Source of the DNA: Deltaproteobacteria bacterium
Lineage (GTDB): Bacteria; Desulfobacterota_D; UBA1144; Nemesobacterales; CSP1-2
DNA length: 64,000 bases
Direction: 5' to 3'
Assembly (NCBI GenBank): GCA_052390235.1
Contig: JBQTHB010000008.1
Location: forward strand, 1 to 64,000
Each line of letters begins with the position of its first letter. Position 1 is the stretch's first letter. The position numbers were made by a program, and so were the translations under genes. Below are positions 30,100 through 38,883 of this stretch, one piece after another. The notes under the pieces were generated by a model, which was not told the origin of the DNA, ran no database searches, and saw only the letters and a program-made list of their open reading frames with translations.

Positions 30100-30897
30100 A
30101 TGATGAAAAAACTCGTCGAGGAGCAGAAATACGGACTTGAAAACCCAGAAAGGGACGGACTCCATCACATCGGAAACTCCACGCATTGGGTTGTATTCGA
30201 GGGCGTAAAAATCCTGACAGATCCGTGGCTTGCCGAACCCGCCGAGCATATACTCAAGCACAGCATCCCGCCGATTCCGCTTCCGAGAAATCCAGACATT
30301 ATTGTGATAAGCCACGAACACGACGATCACTTCGACCCACTCGCGCTGGACAGGCTCGATAGGAGCGCCGCAGTTGTCGCGCCTGAGGGAAAAATCACGA
30401 ATTGCGCCTCAAAGATGGGATTTGTAGAGGTAAGGGCGGCGCGCGCGGGGCAGAGGGTGAATCTGCGGGGGCTTACAATTGACGTCGTCAAGGGGAAGCA
30501 CAGCGTGCCTGAGGTGTGCTATAAGATTTCTAGGGGCGGGCGTTCGTTTTTTTTTGGCGGCGACTCGATGATAACCAGAGAAATCCTAGCCATGGCTGAC
30601 GAAAAACCAGTGCCGTTCGTGATACTGCCGGGGGAGTATTCGCGGCTTCTGGGGTTTAGATTCGTCATGACGCCTGAGGAGGCGATAGGGCTTGCGAAGC
30701 GGTTTCGCGCCGAGGTCGCGGTACTGACGCATCACGAGCAGGTGATTACGGGGAAAAGCTGGCTCAACTGGCTCGTGAGCATTAAAAAAGTGCCGAAGGA
30801 GAATTTCCCGGAGTGGTTCTCCGTCCCTCAGCCGGGGGATTACGTTCCGTTTCCGTGGTCTCACAGGAGCGCCGAGCCTAAAGCGGCTTTTAAATAG
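30100..30897 (+). CDS. MBL-fold metallo-hydrolase (UlaG/NAPE-PLD-like)
   Basis: ILTDPW, SHEHDDH, FFGGDS, MTPEEA, THH. Confidence 0.85.
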   Translation: MMKKLVEEQKYGLENPERDGLHHIGNSTHWVVFEGVKILTDPWLAEPAEHILKHSIPPIPLPRNPDIIVISHEHDDHFDPLALDRLDRSAAVVAPEGKITNCASKMGFVEVRAARAGQRVNLRGLTIDVVKGKHSVPEVCYKISRGGRSFFFGGDSMITREILAMADEKPVPFVILPGEYSRLLGFRFVMTPEEAIGLAKRFRAEVAVLTHHEQVITGKSWLNWLVSIKKVPKENFPEWFSVPQPGDYVPFPWSHRSAEPKAAFK

Positions 30898-30971
30898 GCG
30901 TAGTTTCATATCTCTCCTTGCCCGCAAGGGGAGCGAATACTTAGAAAATCCGCCGAGAGGTGATAGAGAAA

Positions 30972-32576
30972 ATGAAAATTCTATTCGTTGCGACGCGCAA
31001 AAACTGCGACCCTTCTGACAGGGAGCTTTACGAGATGGATTTTATGAATGAGCTTCTGGGACTGAAACGCTCGCTCTTTGACCTCGGACTGCTCACGGTT
31101 GCCGCCTGCACCCCTGACCGCTACCAAGTCGAGGTTCAGGACGAATATCTCGCCCCGATAAACTATGACACCGACGCAGACCTCGTAGCGCTCTCAGCAA
31201 AGACCTCAGCCGTAGCGCGCGCCTATCAAGTTGCAGACGAATTCAGGAGGCGCGGCAGGAAGGTCGTTTTGGGAGGAATTCACGCATCCCTGAGACCGGA
31301 AGAGGCTCTGGGGCACGTGGACTACGTAGTCATGGGCGAGGCTGAAACCATATGGCCAGAATTCTTAGCGAAATTCGAGAGAGGAGAAGCCCCACAAAAG
31401 ACCGTCGCCAGCGGTTTTCCTCCTATGGATAAAATCCCAGTTCCGGCTTGGGATAAAATTGACTACGGCGAGTTTCTATTCCATCAGATTCAAAGCACTC
31501 GCGGGTGTCCTTTCACCTGTAGGTTTTGCAGTGTCCCGGACATCTCCGGCAGCACGTTTCGGTTCAAGCCCACGGATAAAATCATCGAGGAAATCAGGGG
31601 GTTTCCCAAAACGGGATTCCTGCGGGACAAGATTAAGACTCTCTACTTCGTTGACGATAATTTCATCTCCCGCCCGCAATATACCGAGGAACTGCTCAAA
31701 GCACTGATACCGCTCAGGAAGCGCGGCGAGGTCCCCAACTGGTCAGCTGAGACGACGCTCAACGTTACCAACCGCCCCGGACTGCTCGATATGTTTGTCG
31801 AAGCCGGATGCACCACTCTCATCATCGGCATCGAGTCAATAAACGAGGCGACGCTCCTCGATATGGACAAGAAGGTGAATTTCTGCGTCGAATATCAGGA
31901 GGCAATGCACAGGATTCACTCGCGGGGGCTCAGCGTCGTCGGCAACTTCATAGTGGGATTCGACACGGACACGCTTTCGGTATTCGACGACATACTGGAT
32001 TTTATTGACGAGAATCACATCCTCTACCCCTTTTTCAGTATTTTGACCCCGATGCCGGGAACAAAGCTCCACGACGATTTCAACAAAGCGGGCAGGCTCG
32101 ACCACCTCGATTGGCAGTACTACGACACGCGCCACGTTGTTTTTGAACCTCGCAACATGACGCGCGAGCAGCTGCTGGACGGGTACTGCTACCTGTTTGA
32201 GCAGGCTTACGCCACGGAGCGGTCGCTGAACCGGCTGGAGAAATACTGGAGAACGTACCGCAAGACGAAATCCGGTTTTGTGCGTAATCTGTTCCTCAAA
32301 TGGAAGCTCAGAAAATACAGAGGCGCAGTGTCGCCCAAGTTCGATTTCATCCTGGACGAGGGCTGGAGGCGACTCTCTCAGCCGGGCGTGAACTCCGATG
32401 TGGTTCAGCTTCTGTACTATCTCGACTCGGCTCATTTTGTGCAGTATCTAAATAAGTTTAAATCAGTCAATTACGATGAGAACATCCGCATTTTCAACCG
32501 CGAGGGCAGGGAAAAAGCCGAAGCCGCCGCGCTGAAAAAACGCCAATGGGAGCATAAACGCCAGGCCGTAGGCTGA
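30972..32576 (+). CDS. Cobalamin-dependent radical SAM protein
   Basis: LGLLTVAACTP, VVLGGIHAS..PEEA, TRGCPFTCRFC, FVDDNF, FIVGFDTD, LTPMPGT. Confidence 0.88.
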   Translation: MKILFVATRKNCDPSDRELYEMDFMNELLGLKRSLFDLGLLTVAACTPDRYQVEVQDEYLAPINYDTDADLVALSAKTSAVARAYQVADEFRRRGRKVVLGGIHASLRPEEALGHVDYVVMGEAETIWPEFLAKFERGEAPQKTVASGFPPMDKIPVPAWDKIDYGEFLFHQIQSTRGCPFTCRFCSVPDISGSTFRFKPTDKIIEEIRGFPKTGFLRDKIKTLYFVDDNFISRPQYTEELLKALIPLRKRGEVPNWSAETTLNVTNRPGLLDMFVEAGCTTLIIGIESINEATLLDMDKKVNFCVEYQEAMHRIHSRGLSVVGNFIVGFDTDTLSVFDDILDFIDENHILYPFFSILTPMPGTKLHDDFNKAGRLDHLDWQYYDTRHVVFEPRNMTREQLLDGYCYLFEQAYATERSLNRLEKYWRTYRKTKSGFVRNLFLKWKLRKYRGAVSPKFDFILDEGWRRLSQPGVNSDVVQLLYYLDSAHFVQYLNKFKSVNYDENIRIFNREGREKAEAAALKKRQWEHKRQAVG

Positions 32577-32919
32577 GGCGCGCCGAGATACTAAATCGAA
32601 GTTGTAGGAGGGGAGGGATGTGATTCATCCTTCGCTGTTTGTGGCTGAGGAATCCCGCCCGGTTCTCTCGTTACTCTCGAAGTTGCGCGCAGGCGCCTCA
32701 AAACCAGTGGATGGCAAGAGAAAACACTCAGACATCCTTCTGCCATTCGACATAGCCGCGGCTCGCGCGCGAGAGGAAACTTAGATTGCCAATTGCGCTC
32801 GCATCCTGAATCCCAAATCCCAGACTTATCCCGCATCATGGAAAATTGGGGTACACTATTGACGCCGAAGCATCCGCATAAAAATATTCGCGGGCATACG
32901 GTGCTCTATCGAGGCTAAA

Positions 32920-33591
32920 TTGGGCGATACGGGATTCTTAAAAAAACTGCTTGGCGTACTTACCGGAGCTAAGAGGAAGTACTCCGGCGGCGGCGCGAGC
33001 GATGAGAAACTCATCGAGCTTTTCCTCTCGCGGCGGGACGAAGAGGCGTTTGAAGAGGTCGTGAGCCGCTACGTGGATAAAGTCTATGGGCTTGCGCTGC
33101 GCATTACACGAAACCCGGACGCCGCCGAAGAGATAGTGCAAGAGGTTTTCCTCACGCTGGTAACGAAGCTCGACACATTCAGGGGCGAGGCGAAATTCTC
33201 AAGCTGGCTATATAGGGTTACGGCAAACGCGGGCTATATGCACATCAGGGCGGGGAAGAAGCGCGATGGGGATTTGAGCCTCGACGATTATACCTCCTAC
33301 GATGGGGATGGAACGCTCATGGGGCGCGTTCAGGCAAAGGACTGGAGCAGTAAGCCGGACACCTTGCTCCTCGGCAGAGAGGCGACAGAAATCATAGAGA
33401 GGGCTATCGGCGAGCTTCCTGAACCTTATAGAATCGTGTTTCATCTAAGGGACATTGAAGGGCTCACCAACGAAGAGACCTCAAAGGTGCTGGAGCTTTC
33501 AGTTGCCGCCGTTAAAACGAGGCTTCACCGGGCGAGGCTGTTTTTGAGGGATAAAATTTCGGACTATTTCCATGAATGGGGCGCAAGATAA
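32920..33591 (+). CDS. ECF RNA polymerase sigma factor
   Basis: AEEIVQEVF, FRGEAKFSSWLYRV, LRDIEGL, VKTRLHRAR; TTG start after GAGG. Confidence 0.92.
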   Translation: MGDTGFLKKLLGVLTGAKRKYSGGGASDEKLIELFLSRRDEEAFEEVVSRYVDKVYGLALRITRNPDAAEEIVQEVFLTLVTKLDTFRGEAKFSSWLYRVTANAGYMHIRAGKKRDGDLSLDDYTSYDGDGTLMGRVQAKDWSSKPDTLLLGREATEIIERAIGELPEPYRIVFHLRDIEGLTNEETSKVLELSVAAVKTRLHRARLFLRDKISDYFHEWGAR

Positions 33592-33831
33592 ATGGCGATG
33601 TGCAGGGACGTCGTTGACAATATAATAAGCTACATCGAAGCCGAGCTTGACCGCGAAACTCTTGGAGAACTAGAAAAGCACCTCGATGCCTGCCCGGAGT
33701 GCAGGGCGTTTGTAGCCACTTACAGAAAAATGCTGGAGCTAAGCGGCAAGCTAAAAGAAAGAACCTTCGTAACCCCAGAGATCAGGGCGAGGCTAAAGAG
33801 CCTGCTTAAATCCAAACTCAATCCCAGTTAG
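33592..33831 (+). CDS. Soluble zinc-binding anti-sigma factor (zf-HC2/ZAS)
   Basis: MC..V, HLDACPEC (HxxxCxxC), no TM segment; abuts the sigma stop. Confidence 0.88.
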   Translation: MAMCRDVVDNIISYIEAELDRETLGELEKHLDACPECRAFVATYRKMLELSGKLKERTFVTPEIRARLKSLLKSKLNPS

Positions 33832-33945
33832 TCCGTAATTCAGGATGCGAGATTTCCATCCATTAAGTTAGATGCCCTGAGGAAACCGGGCGGGGGCGGC
33901 TACTTTACCGATGCCTCATCTGCCGGGAGTCATTCATCCCGAGAA

Positions 33946-34632
33946 CTACCTGATGTTCCTATAATACTCCGCCAGAGTGCTGGGCGGCACTCCCAGGGCG
34001 TAGAGAATGCGAAGAATCCACATCAGGGCGAAGGTGCGCAAAATACCGGAGCGCTCAAATCTGCGGGGGCTTGCCAGAATTGGGGATTTAATCTCGCGCC
34101 CCTTGGCAAATCTCTTCACCCTGCCGACAAATTCAATGTCCTCCATTATCGGGATGTCGGGAAATCCTCCGGCGAGATGAAATATGTCCCTCCTTACGAA
34201 TATCCCGTGATCTCCGAGCGGGGTTTCGGTGAGGCGCGCCCTGAGTCTCGCCCCCAAGCCGAGCGCCCTGAAAACCAACCTCGGAGAGTCAAGGGTCAGG
34301 GGAAACCACCCCCAGCCGACGTTTCCCTCGCAGACCTCCCGGCGGAGCAATTCCAGAGAATTTTTGCTGAGGCGATTGTCAGCGTGGAGAAAGAGGATGA
34401 AATCCCCCTTTGATTCCCTCGCCCCGGCGTTCATCTGCCGCGCTCTGCCCTTGGCCGAGGCGACGAGCCTTACCCTCGTTGGATGGCGCAGGACTATTCG
34501 GCAGGTGTCGTCCTGGCTTCCGCCGTCCACGACTATTATCTCATCCTCCATCGAAGCGACATCGAATAGCGCGGCGAGGGCGGATTCAATATTCGCCCCT
34601 TCGTTATAAGTAGGGATTACTATTGTGAGCAT
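33946..34632 (-). CDS. GT2 glycosyltransferase (TIGR04283-like)
   Basis: IVIPTYNE, VDGGS.D, GRARQMNAGA, FLHAD, GDHGIF, PIMED. Confidence 0.85.
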   Translation of the reverse strand: MLTIVIPTYNEGANIESALAALFDVASMEDEIIVVDGGSQDDTCRIVLRHPTRVRLVASAKGRARQMNAGARESKGDFILFLHADNRLSKNSLELLRREVCEGNVGWGWFPLTLDSPRLVFRALGLGARLRARLTETPLGDHGIFVRRDIFHLAGGFPDIPIMEDIEFVGRVKRFAKGREIKSPILASPRRFERSGILRTFALMWILRILYALGVPPSTLAEYYRNIR

Positions 34633-34747
34633 CTGACATCACAGAAAAGATGAGATATAGTAGAGAATCCAATCGCGTCTAACAACATCGAAAGTTAAGA
34701 TTCCCAGGTAACCACCACAATCAACCACAGAGAGGTTAAACGGCTTA

Positions 34748-35434
34748 ATGGAAAACTCAAAGCGCGGCAATTTAATAATAAAAACACTCGGCGCAGTGGC
34801 TGTCGTCGCCCTGATAATCATTCTGATAAGGGCATCGGGTATCAAATTTTCCGACCTAACTCCGGCTAACATCCGAGAATATCTACTCAGCTTCGGCGTC
34901 GCCAAGGGGGCGATAATTTATCTTGCCATCTATATTTTTTCGATACGCCCATTCATTCCAATACCGCCGACGCTCTATACATTCGCCGGAGGACTCACCT
35001 TCGGGCCCGTGCTAGGCACGATTCTAACCGTAGTGGGAGCGACCCTGAACGCATCGCTGTGCTTTCTCATTGCCAGATACTTCGGCAAGGGATTCGTGGA
35101 CAAAATCGCCAAAGGAAAATTCGAGCAGTTCAACGAAAAGCTGGAGAAAAGCGGGTTTAAGACCCTCCTTCTCATTAGAACCTCCCCCGTTGGGCCCCCC
35201 TTCGATTTGGTCAGTTATGCCTCGGGGATATTGAAAATTCCATTTTGGAGCCATCTCCTAGCGACTCTCATCGGAGTGATTCCGGCTACTGCGGTGTATT
35301 CGTACTTCGGGGATTCCATAACCAAGGGAAGCGCGAGCAAGATACTCATCGGATTTTTCCTCGTAGTCGTAATATCAGTCGTCGTGCCTTGGTACTTGAA
35401 GCGCAGGAAGGCGGCGGCGGGAGAGAAGGCGTAA
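34748..35434 (+). CDS. TVP38/TMEM64 (DedA-superfamily) membrane protein
   Basis: PIPPT..TFAGGLTFG, FLIARYFG, PFDLVSYASG, TLIGVIP. Confidence 0.88.
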   Translation: MENSKRGNLIIKTLGAVAVVALIIILIRASGIKFSDLTPANIREYLLSFGVAKGAIIYLAIYIFSIRPFIPIPPTLYTFAGGLTFGPVLGTILTVVGATLNASLCFLIARYFGKGFVDKIAKGKFEQFNEKLEKSGFKTLLLIRTSPVGPPFDLVSYASGILKIPFWSHLLATLIGVIPATAVYSYFGDSITKGSASKILIGFFLVVVISVVVPWYLKRRKAAAGEKA

Positions 35435-35541
35435 TCCATGAGAGATATGCAAGCTCTGCTAAGGGGCTAATACGGCATCTGGGGGGGGGATTGCGCCCAT
35501 CGGTTATTGCATTTGTCGGATGATAGCGCGGAAGTGCGCCT

Positions 35542-36072
35542 CTATGAGTCAAAATTTTTGAGTTCCTTATCCACTTTCTCAAGGTATTCGGGGGATACAT
35601 ACGCCTTTGGAGCGCGCCTTGCGATTTGCCGCTTTGCCCCTTTCAATTTGAGCAGAAATACCCCTATCGCCGTCCCTCCGAGGACGAGCAGCGCCCCCGG
35701 CGCAAGCCATAGAAGCCAGTTCACCCCCCTTGGCGGAGGCGAGGCAAGTATTGACTCTCCGTATCTGCCGACAAAATAGGCGAGGATTTCCTCTTTAGTA
35801 GCCCCCTGTTCGAGTTTTTTCCTTACGATGCCCCTCATATCCTTGGCAAGGGCGGAGTTGGACTCTTCGACCGTCTGCCCCTGACACACGGGACAAAATA
35901 ACAGATAAGAAACCTCACGGACGGCATCGTCAACGCTTAGCTCACTAGCCCGCGCATCGAAGGCAAAAAGCGAGATGGCAATAGCAAAAATCAGCCCATA
36001 CAATCTGAACCGGAAAGACGACCCTCTAGCAGTAATTGAGCGTGAGCGCGGCAGGGCGGCTTTTTGAGACAT
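35542..36072 (-). CDS. ccmH: Cytochrome c biogenesis protein CcmH/NrfF-like
   Basis: CPVCQGQTVEESNS..A.DMR, YFVGRYGESILASPP, LLWLAP. Confidence 0.85.
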   Translation of the reverse strand: MSQKAALPRSRSITARGSSFRFRLYGLIFAIAISLFAFDARASELSVDDAVREVSYLLFCPVCQGQTVEESNSALAKDMRGIVRKKLEQGATKEEILAYFVGRYGESILASPPPRGVNWLLWLAPGALLVLGGTAIGVFLLKLKGAKRQIARRAPKAYVSPEYLEKVDKELKNFDS

Positions 36073-36090
36073 CTAGATACTCCCCCCTTG

Positions 36091-36654
36091 TCAATTTGTA
36101 TTTATCGTAATTTCATCGCCCACGCCGGACATCGCCTTTCGCAGGAATCCGTCTATCGTCTCCTCCGTGAGGGCGCCGGTGTACTTATCGGTAATTTTCC
36201 CCGAAGGGGAGATAAAATAGGTCTCAGGCACGCCCGCGACTCCGAAGCTCACGGCGATTTCTCCTTTTTGGTCAAATCCGTTGATAAAACCGCCGCCAGT
36301 CTGCCGAAGGTAATCCAGCGCGCTTGACTTATCGTCCCAAACGTTGACCCCGATAAAAACGACGGGCTTGTCTCGATACCGCCTCCACGAGTTTTCGAGC
36401 GCCGGGGCTTCGAGCCTGCAGGGTCCGCACCAAGACGCCCAGAAATTCAGAAGCACTGCCTGTCCCCTGTAGTCAGAAAGCGACACCCGCTCGCCGTCAA
36501 AAAGCGTGAGTGTAAAGTCGGGCGCAACCCTGCCGAGCAGAGGCGAGGGTCTGTCAAATGTCCTGTTCCCGAATAGGGCGTAGGCGAGGATGGCGATAAT
36601 AGCGCCTATCGTAAGGAAAACGCCTAATCTGCCGGCTAGGCTCAAGATGTTCAT
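36091..36654 (-). CDS. Membrane-anchored thiol:disulfide oxidoreductase (CcmG/TlpA)
   Basis: N-terminal TM, NFWASWCGPCR.EAP, GVPETYFI. Confidence 0.88.
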   Translation of the reverse strand: MNILSLAGRLGVFLTIGAIIAILAYALFGNRTFDRPSPLLGRVAPDFTLTLFDGERVSLSDYRGQAVLLNFWASWCGPCRLEAPALENSWRRYRDKPVVFIGVNVWDDKSSALDYLRQTGGGFINGFDQKGEIAVSFGVAGVPETYFISPSGKITDKYTGALTEETIDGFLRKAMSGVGDEITINTN

Positions 36655-36801
36655 CGGCTCTCAATCTATGTATTTGAATTATAAAAACGGGAGTACGCCA
36701 TATAGAATTCAGATAAAAGATATTTTAAGGAACTGCCGACAATCTAACCGAATGGGCTGCCGGATGGCGCATTATCTGCCCCAAAACTCACCCCAAACAT
36801 T

Positions 36802-37230
36802 TTACCAGCGACGACCGCCGCCACCGCCTTTTTTGTCTCCTCCTCTGCTACCGCCTGCGCCGCCGCCGTAGCCACCACCGCCACCACCGCCGCCGCCGTA
36901 GCCACCACCACCACCACCACCGCCGCCGTACCCGCCTCCGCCGCTTCTTCTCTCTCCGCCTCTGCTACCGCCTCCGTCGCGGCTGTCGGTTTTGGGACGC
37001 GCTTCGTTAACGCTGAGGGAGCGTCCTTTGAGTTCTTTGCCGTTTAAAGCGGCTATCGCCTTTACGGCGTCGGCTTTAGCGGGCATCTCAATAAAGCCAA
37101 ACCCGCGAGGCTCTCCACTGAACTTATCTTTAATTACGCTTACCGTTGAAACCTCGCCGAACTCCGCGAATAGAGTCTTGAGGTCTTCTTCATTTACATC
37201 ACGAGCCAAATTGCCTACATATATATTCAT
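36802..37230 (-). CDS. RRM RNA-binding protein with Gly-rich tail
   Basis: IYVGNL (RNP2), RGFGFIEM (RNP1), VNEARPK; repeated GGG..GY tail. Confidence 0.95.
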   Translation of the reverse strand: MNIYVGNLARDVNEEDLKTLFAEFGEVSTVSVIKDKFSGEPRGFGFIEMPAKADAVKAIAALNGKELKGRSLSVNEARPKTDSRDGGGSRGGERRSGGGGYGGGGGGGGGYGGGGGGGGGYGGGAGGSRGGDKKGGGGGRRW

Positions 37231-37454
37231 TAATGATCTCCTTTGTTATGTACCGCCTGCCTAGCTTAGCCACCTTAAACGCCAATACCTAAACCGCTAG
37301 AGGCATACTCCACTTGAGATTATACCCAATGCTGCTGGGGATTTATACAGGAGCGGGAGGGGAAATTACCCATCCGAAATATTAAAGCGGTTCTCGCAAT
37401 CAATTTCCCAGAGTAAACGGGTTAATTCCATGCGACAAGGAGCCACGAGCCTTC

Positions 37455-37997
37455 TTAATGAGTATGCTCGCCGCGCTCCTGCGTATTTCCCGCATTCTCC
37501 GTCATTACCTGGTAGCCCGCAGGCGAGATTTCCGTCATGATGTCGAGAAACGCCACAATAGCCCAGATTTCTTCATCCGAGTGCGTGGCGCCAAAGGCGG
37601 GCATACCGGTCATTTTTATCCCGTGCTTAGTAATCCAAAAAAGCTCCTCTCGAGTCCACTCCCCCTCTTTCATCTCCTCGACTAAATTGGGCGGCGGCGG
37701 GTTTAACCCAGCGCCAATGGCTGAAATCTCAATTCCCGGCGCGCCGTGGCACACCGCGCACATCGCTTCGTATTCGCGCGCCCCCTTTTTTATCATCGCC
37801 TCCTCGGCAAGCGGCGGGGCTTTGATTGTCATGGACTGGCGTTGCACGGAGCGCTCCATTACGTATTCAAACAGCTCTTCTAGGAGCGGAGTGTTTTTTT
37901 CCGTAGCGGCGACGTTGTAAATCCCAGAATTGAGAAACATCCACGCGCCGGCGGTAAAAATCACGAGAAATGAAAAGAGCGGAATTAGAGTTTTCAT
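37455..37997 (-). CDS. Membrane-anchored monoheme cytochrome c
   Basis: N-terminal TM, YNVAAT, CAVCHG, KHGIKMTGMPAF. Confidence 0.9.
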   Translation of the reverse strand: MKTLIPLFSFLVIFTAGAWMFLNSGIYNVAATEKNTPLLEELFEYVMERSVQRQSMTIKAPPLAEEAMIKKGAREYEAMCAVCHGAPGIEISAIGAGLNPPPPNLVEEMKEGEWTREELFWITKHGIKMTGMPAFGATHSDEEIWAIVAFLDIMTEISPAGYQVMTENAGNTQERGEHTH

Positions 37998-38106
37998 AAT
38001 TGCCCCCCCTGACCTTTTTGCCCATTCTCATATAGTTCGCTCCCATTTGTCAAGTTTTTTATATGGGGCGACGCCCGCCTGCACGCCGCCCCAACGGATT
38101 TTCCGG

Positions 38107-38883
38107 TTATAATGCAACGGATATTCCCGCCGTAATGTAAAAGCGCGCCCTCTCCCGCGCCCCTATAACCTCCGAGCCTCCTCCCAAATCAAAAACCGCT
38201 CTTTGCGAGAGCTGATACCGAATACCCACCTCCCCTCCGGCGACGCTTGCATCCGCTCTTTGAGCCGAGATGTCCCCGAATACATCGCCTAGGATGGTAA
38301 GCCTCGTAAATCCGGGCGCGCCAATGGGGTAACTGCCGCCGAGCAGGAGTTCAAAACGGCTGTCCCGCTCCGCGTCTCGGTTGCCGTTTAGGTATTCATA
38401 GGCGATGTTCGTGTGTACGCCGAGCCTGCCGACGGATTTGGTCATTATCCCTTTCACTTTAAAACCTGCCCCGCTGGAGTCATCTCCCGTGGGGATGTTG
38501 CCCTCGATTCTCAGCCCAAACGCGGGGATTGCAAGCGTCTCTTGGTTAAAATTGTAGAGCGCGCCGAGAGTAATATCGCCAAACTCCGCCCCGGCGCCGC
38601 CAGACTCGATTGAATATTCCGCGCCGGCTTCAACTTGCAGATTCGGATACGCCCCCCAAAGAAACTCAATGGGGATGAAAAATCCGCCGTCCGAGGCTCG
38701 GTTTAGGGAAAATCCGACTCCTGCCTCAATTTCAAGCTCCCTGTGCGAGATGGAATAAGCGTCGTCGAGTCGAAGCGGGCGTCCCTCATCGAGGTTTGAG
38801 TGGTCAACGGCGCGAGCGACCCCTCCACTCAGAACGAGCGCCGCCAATAGAATCCAAGCCGGGTTGATAGCGCAATTTCTCAT
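38107..38883 (-). CDS. Putative outer-membrane beta-barrel protein
   Basis: Signal peptide; alternating amphipathic strands (GDITLGALYNF, GIRYQL, FYITAGISVAL); ATGA overlap with upstream gene. Confidence 0.65.
   Translation of the reverse strand: MRNCAINPAWILLAALVLSGGVARAVDHSNLDEGRPLRLDDAYSISHRELEIEAGVGFSLNRASDGGFFIPIEFLWGAYPNLQVEAGAEYSIESGGAGAEFGDITLGALYNFNQETLAIPAFGLRIEGNIPTGDDSSGAGFKVKGIMTKSVGRLGVHTNIAYEYLNGNRDAERDSRFELLLGGSYPIGAPGFTRLTILGDVFGDISAQRADASVAGGEVGIRYQLSQRAVFDLGGGSEVIGARERARFYITAGISVAL

Noticed and set aside
36810..36975. CCG/CCA tandem repeats
   Set aside because: Encode the Gly-rich tail of the RRM protein; not CRISPR or an independent repeat
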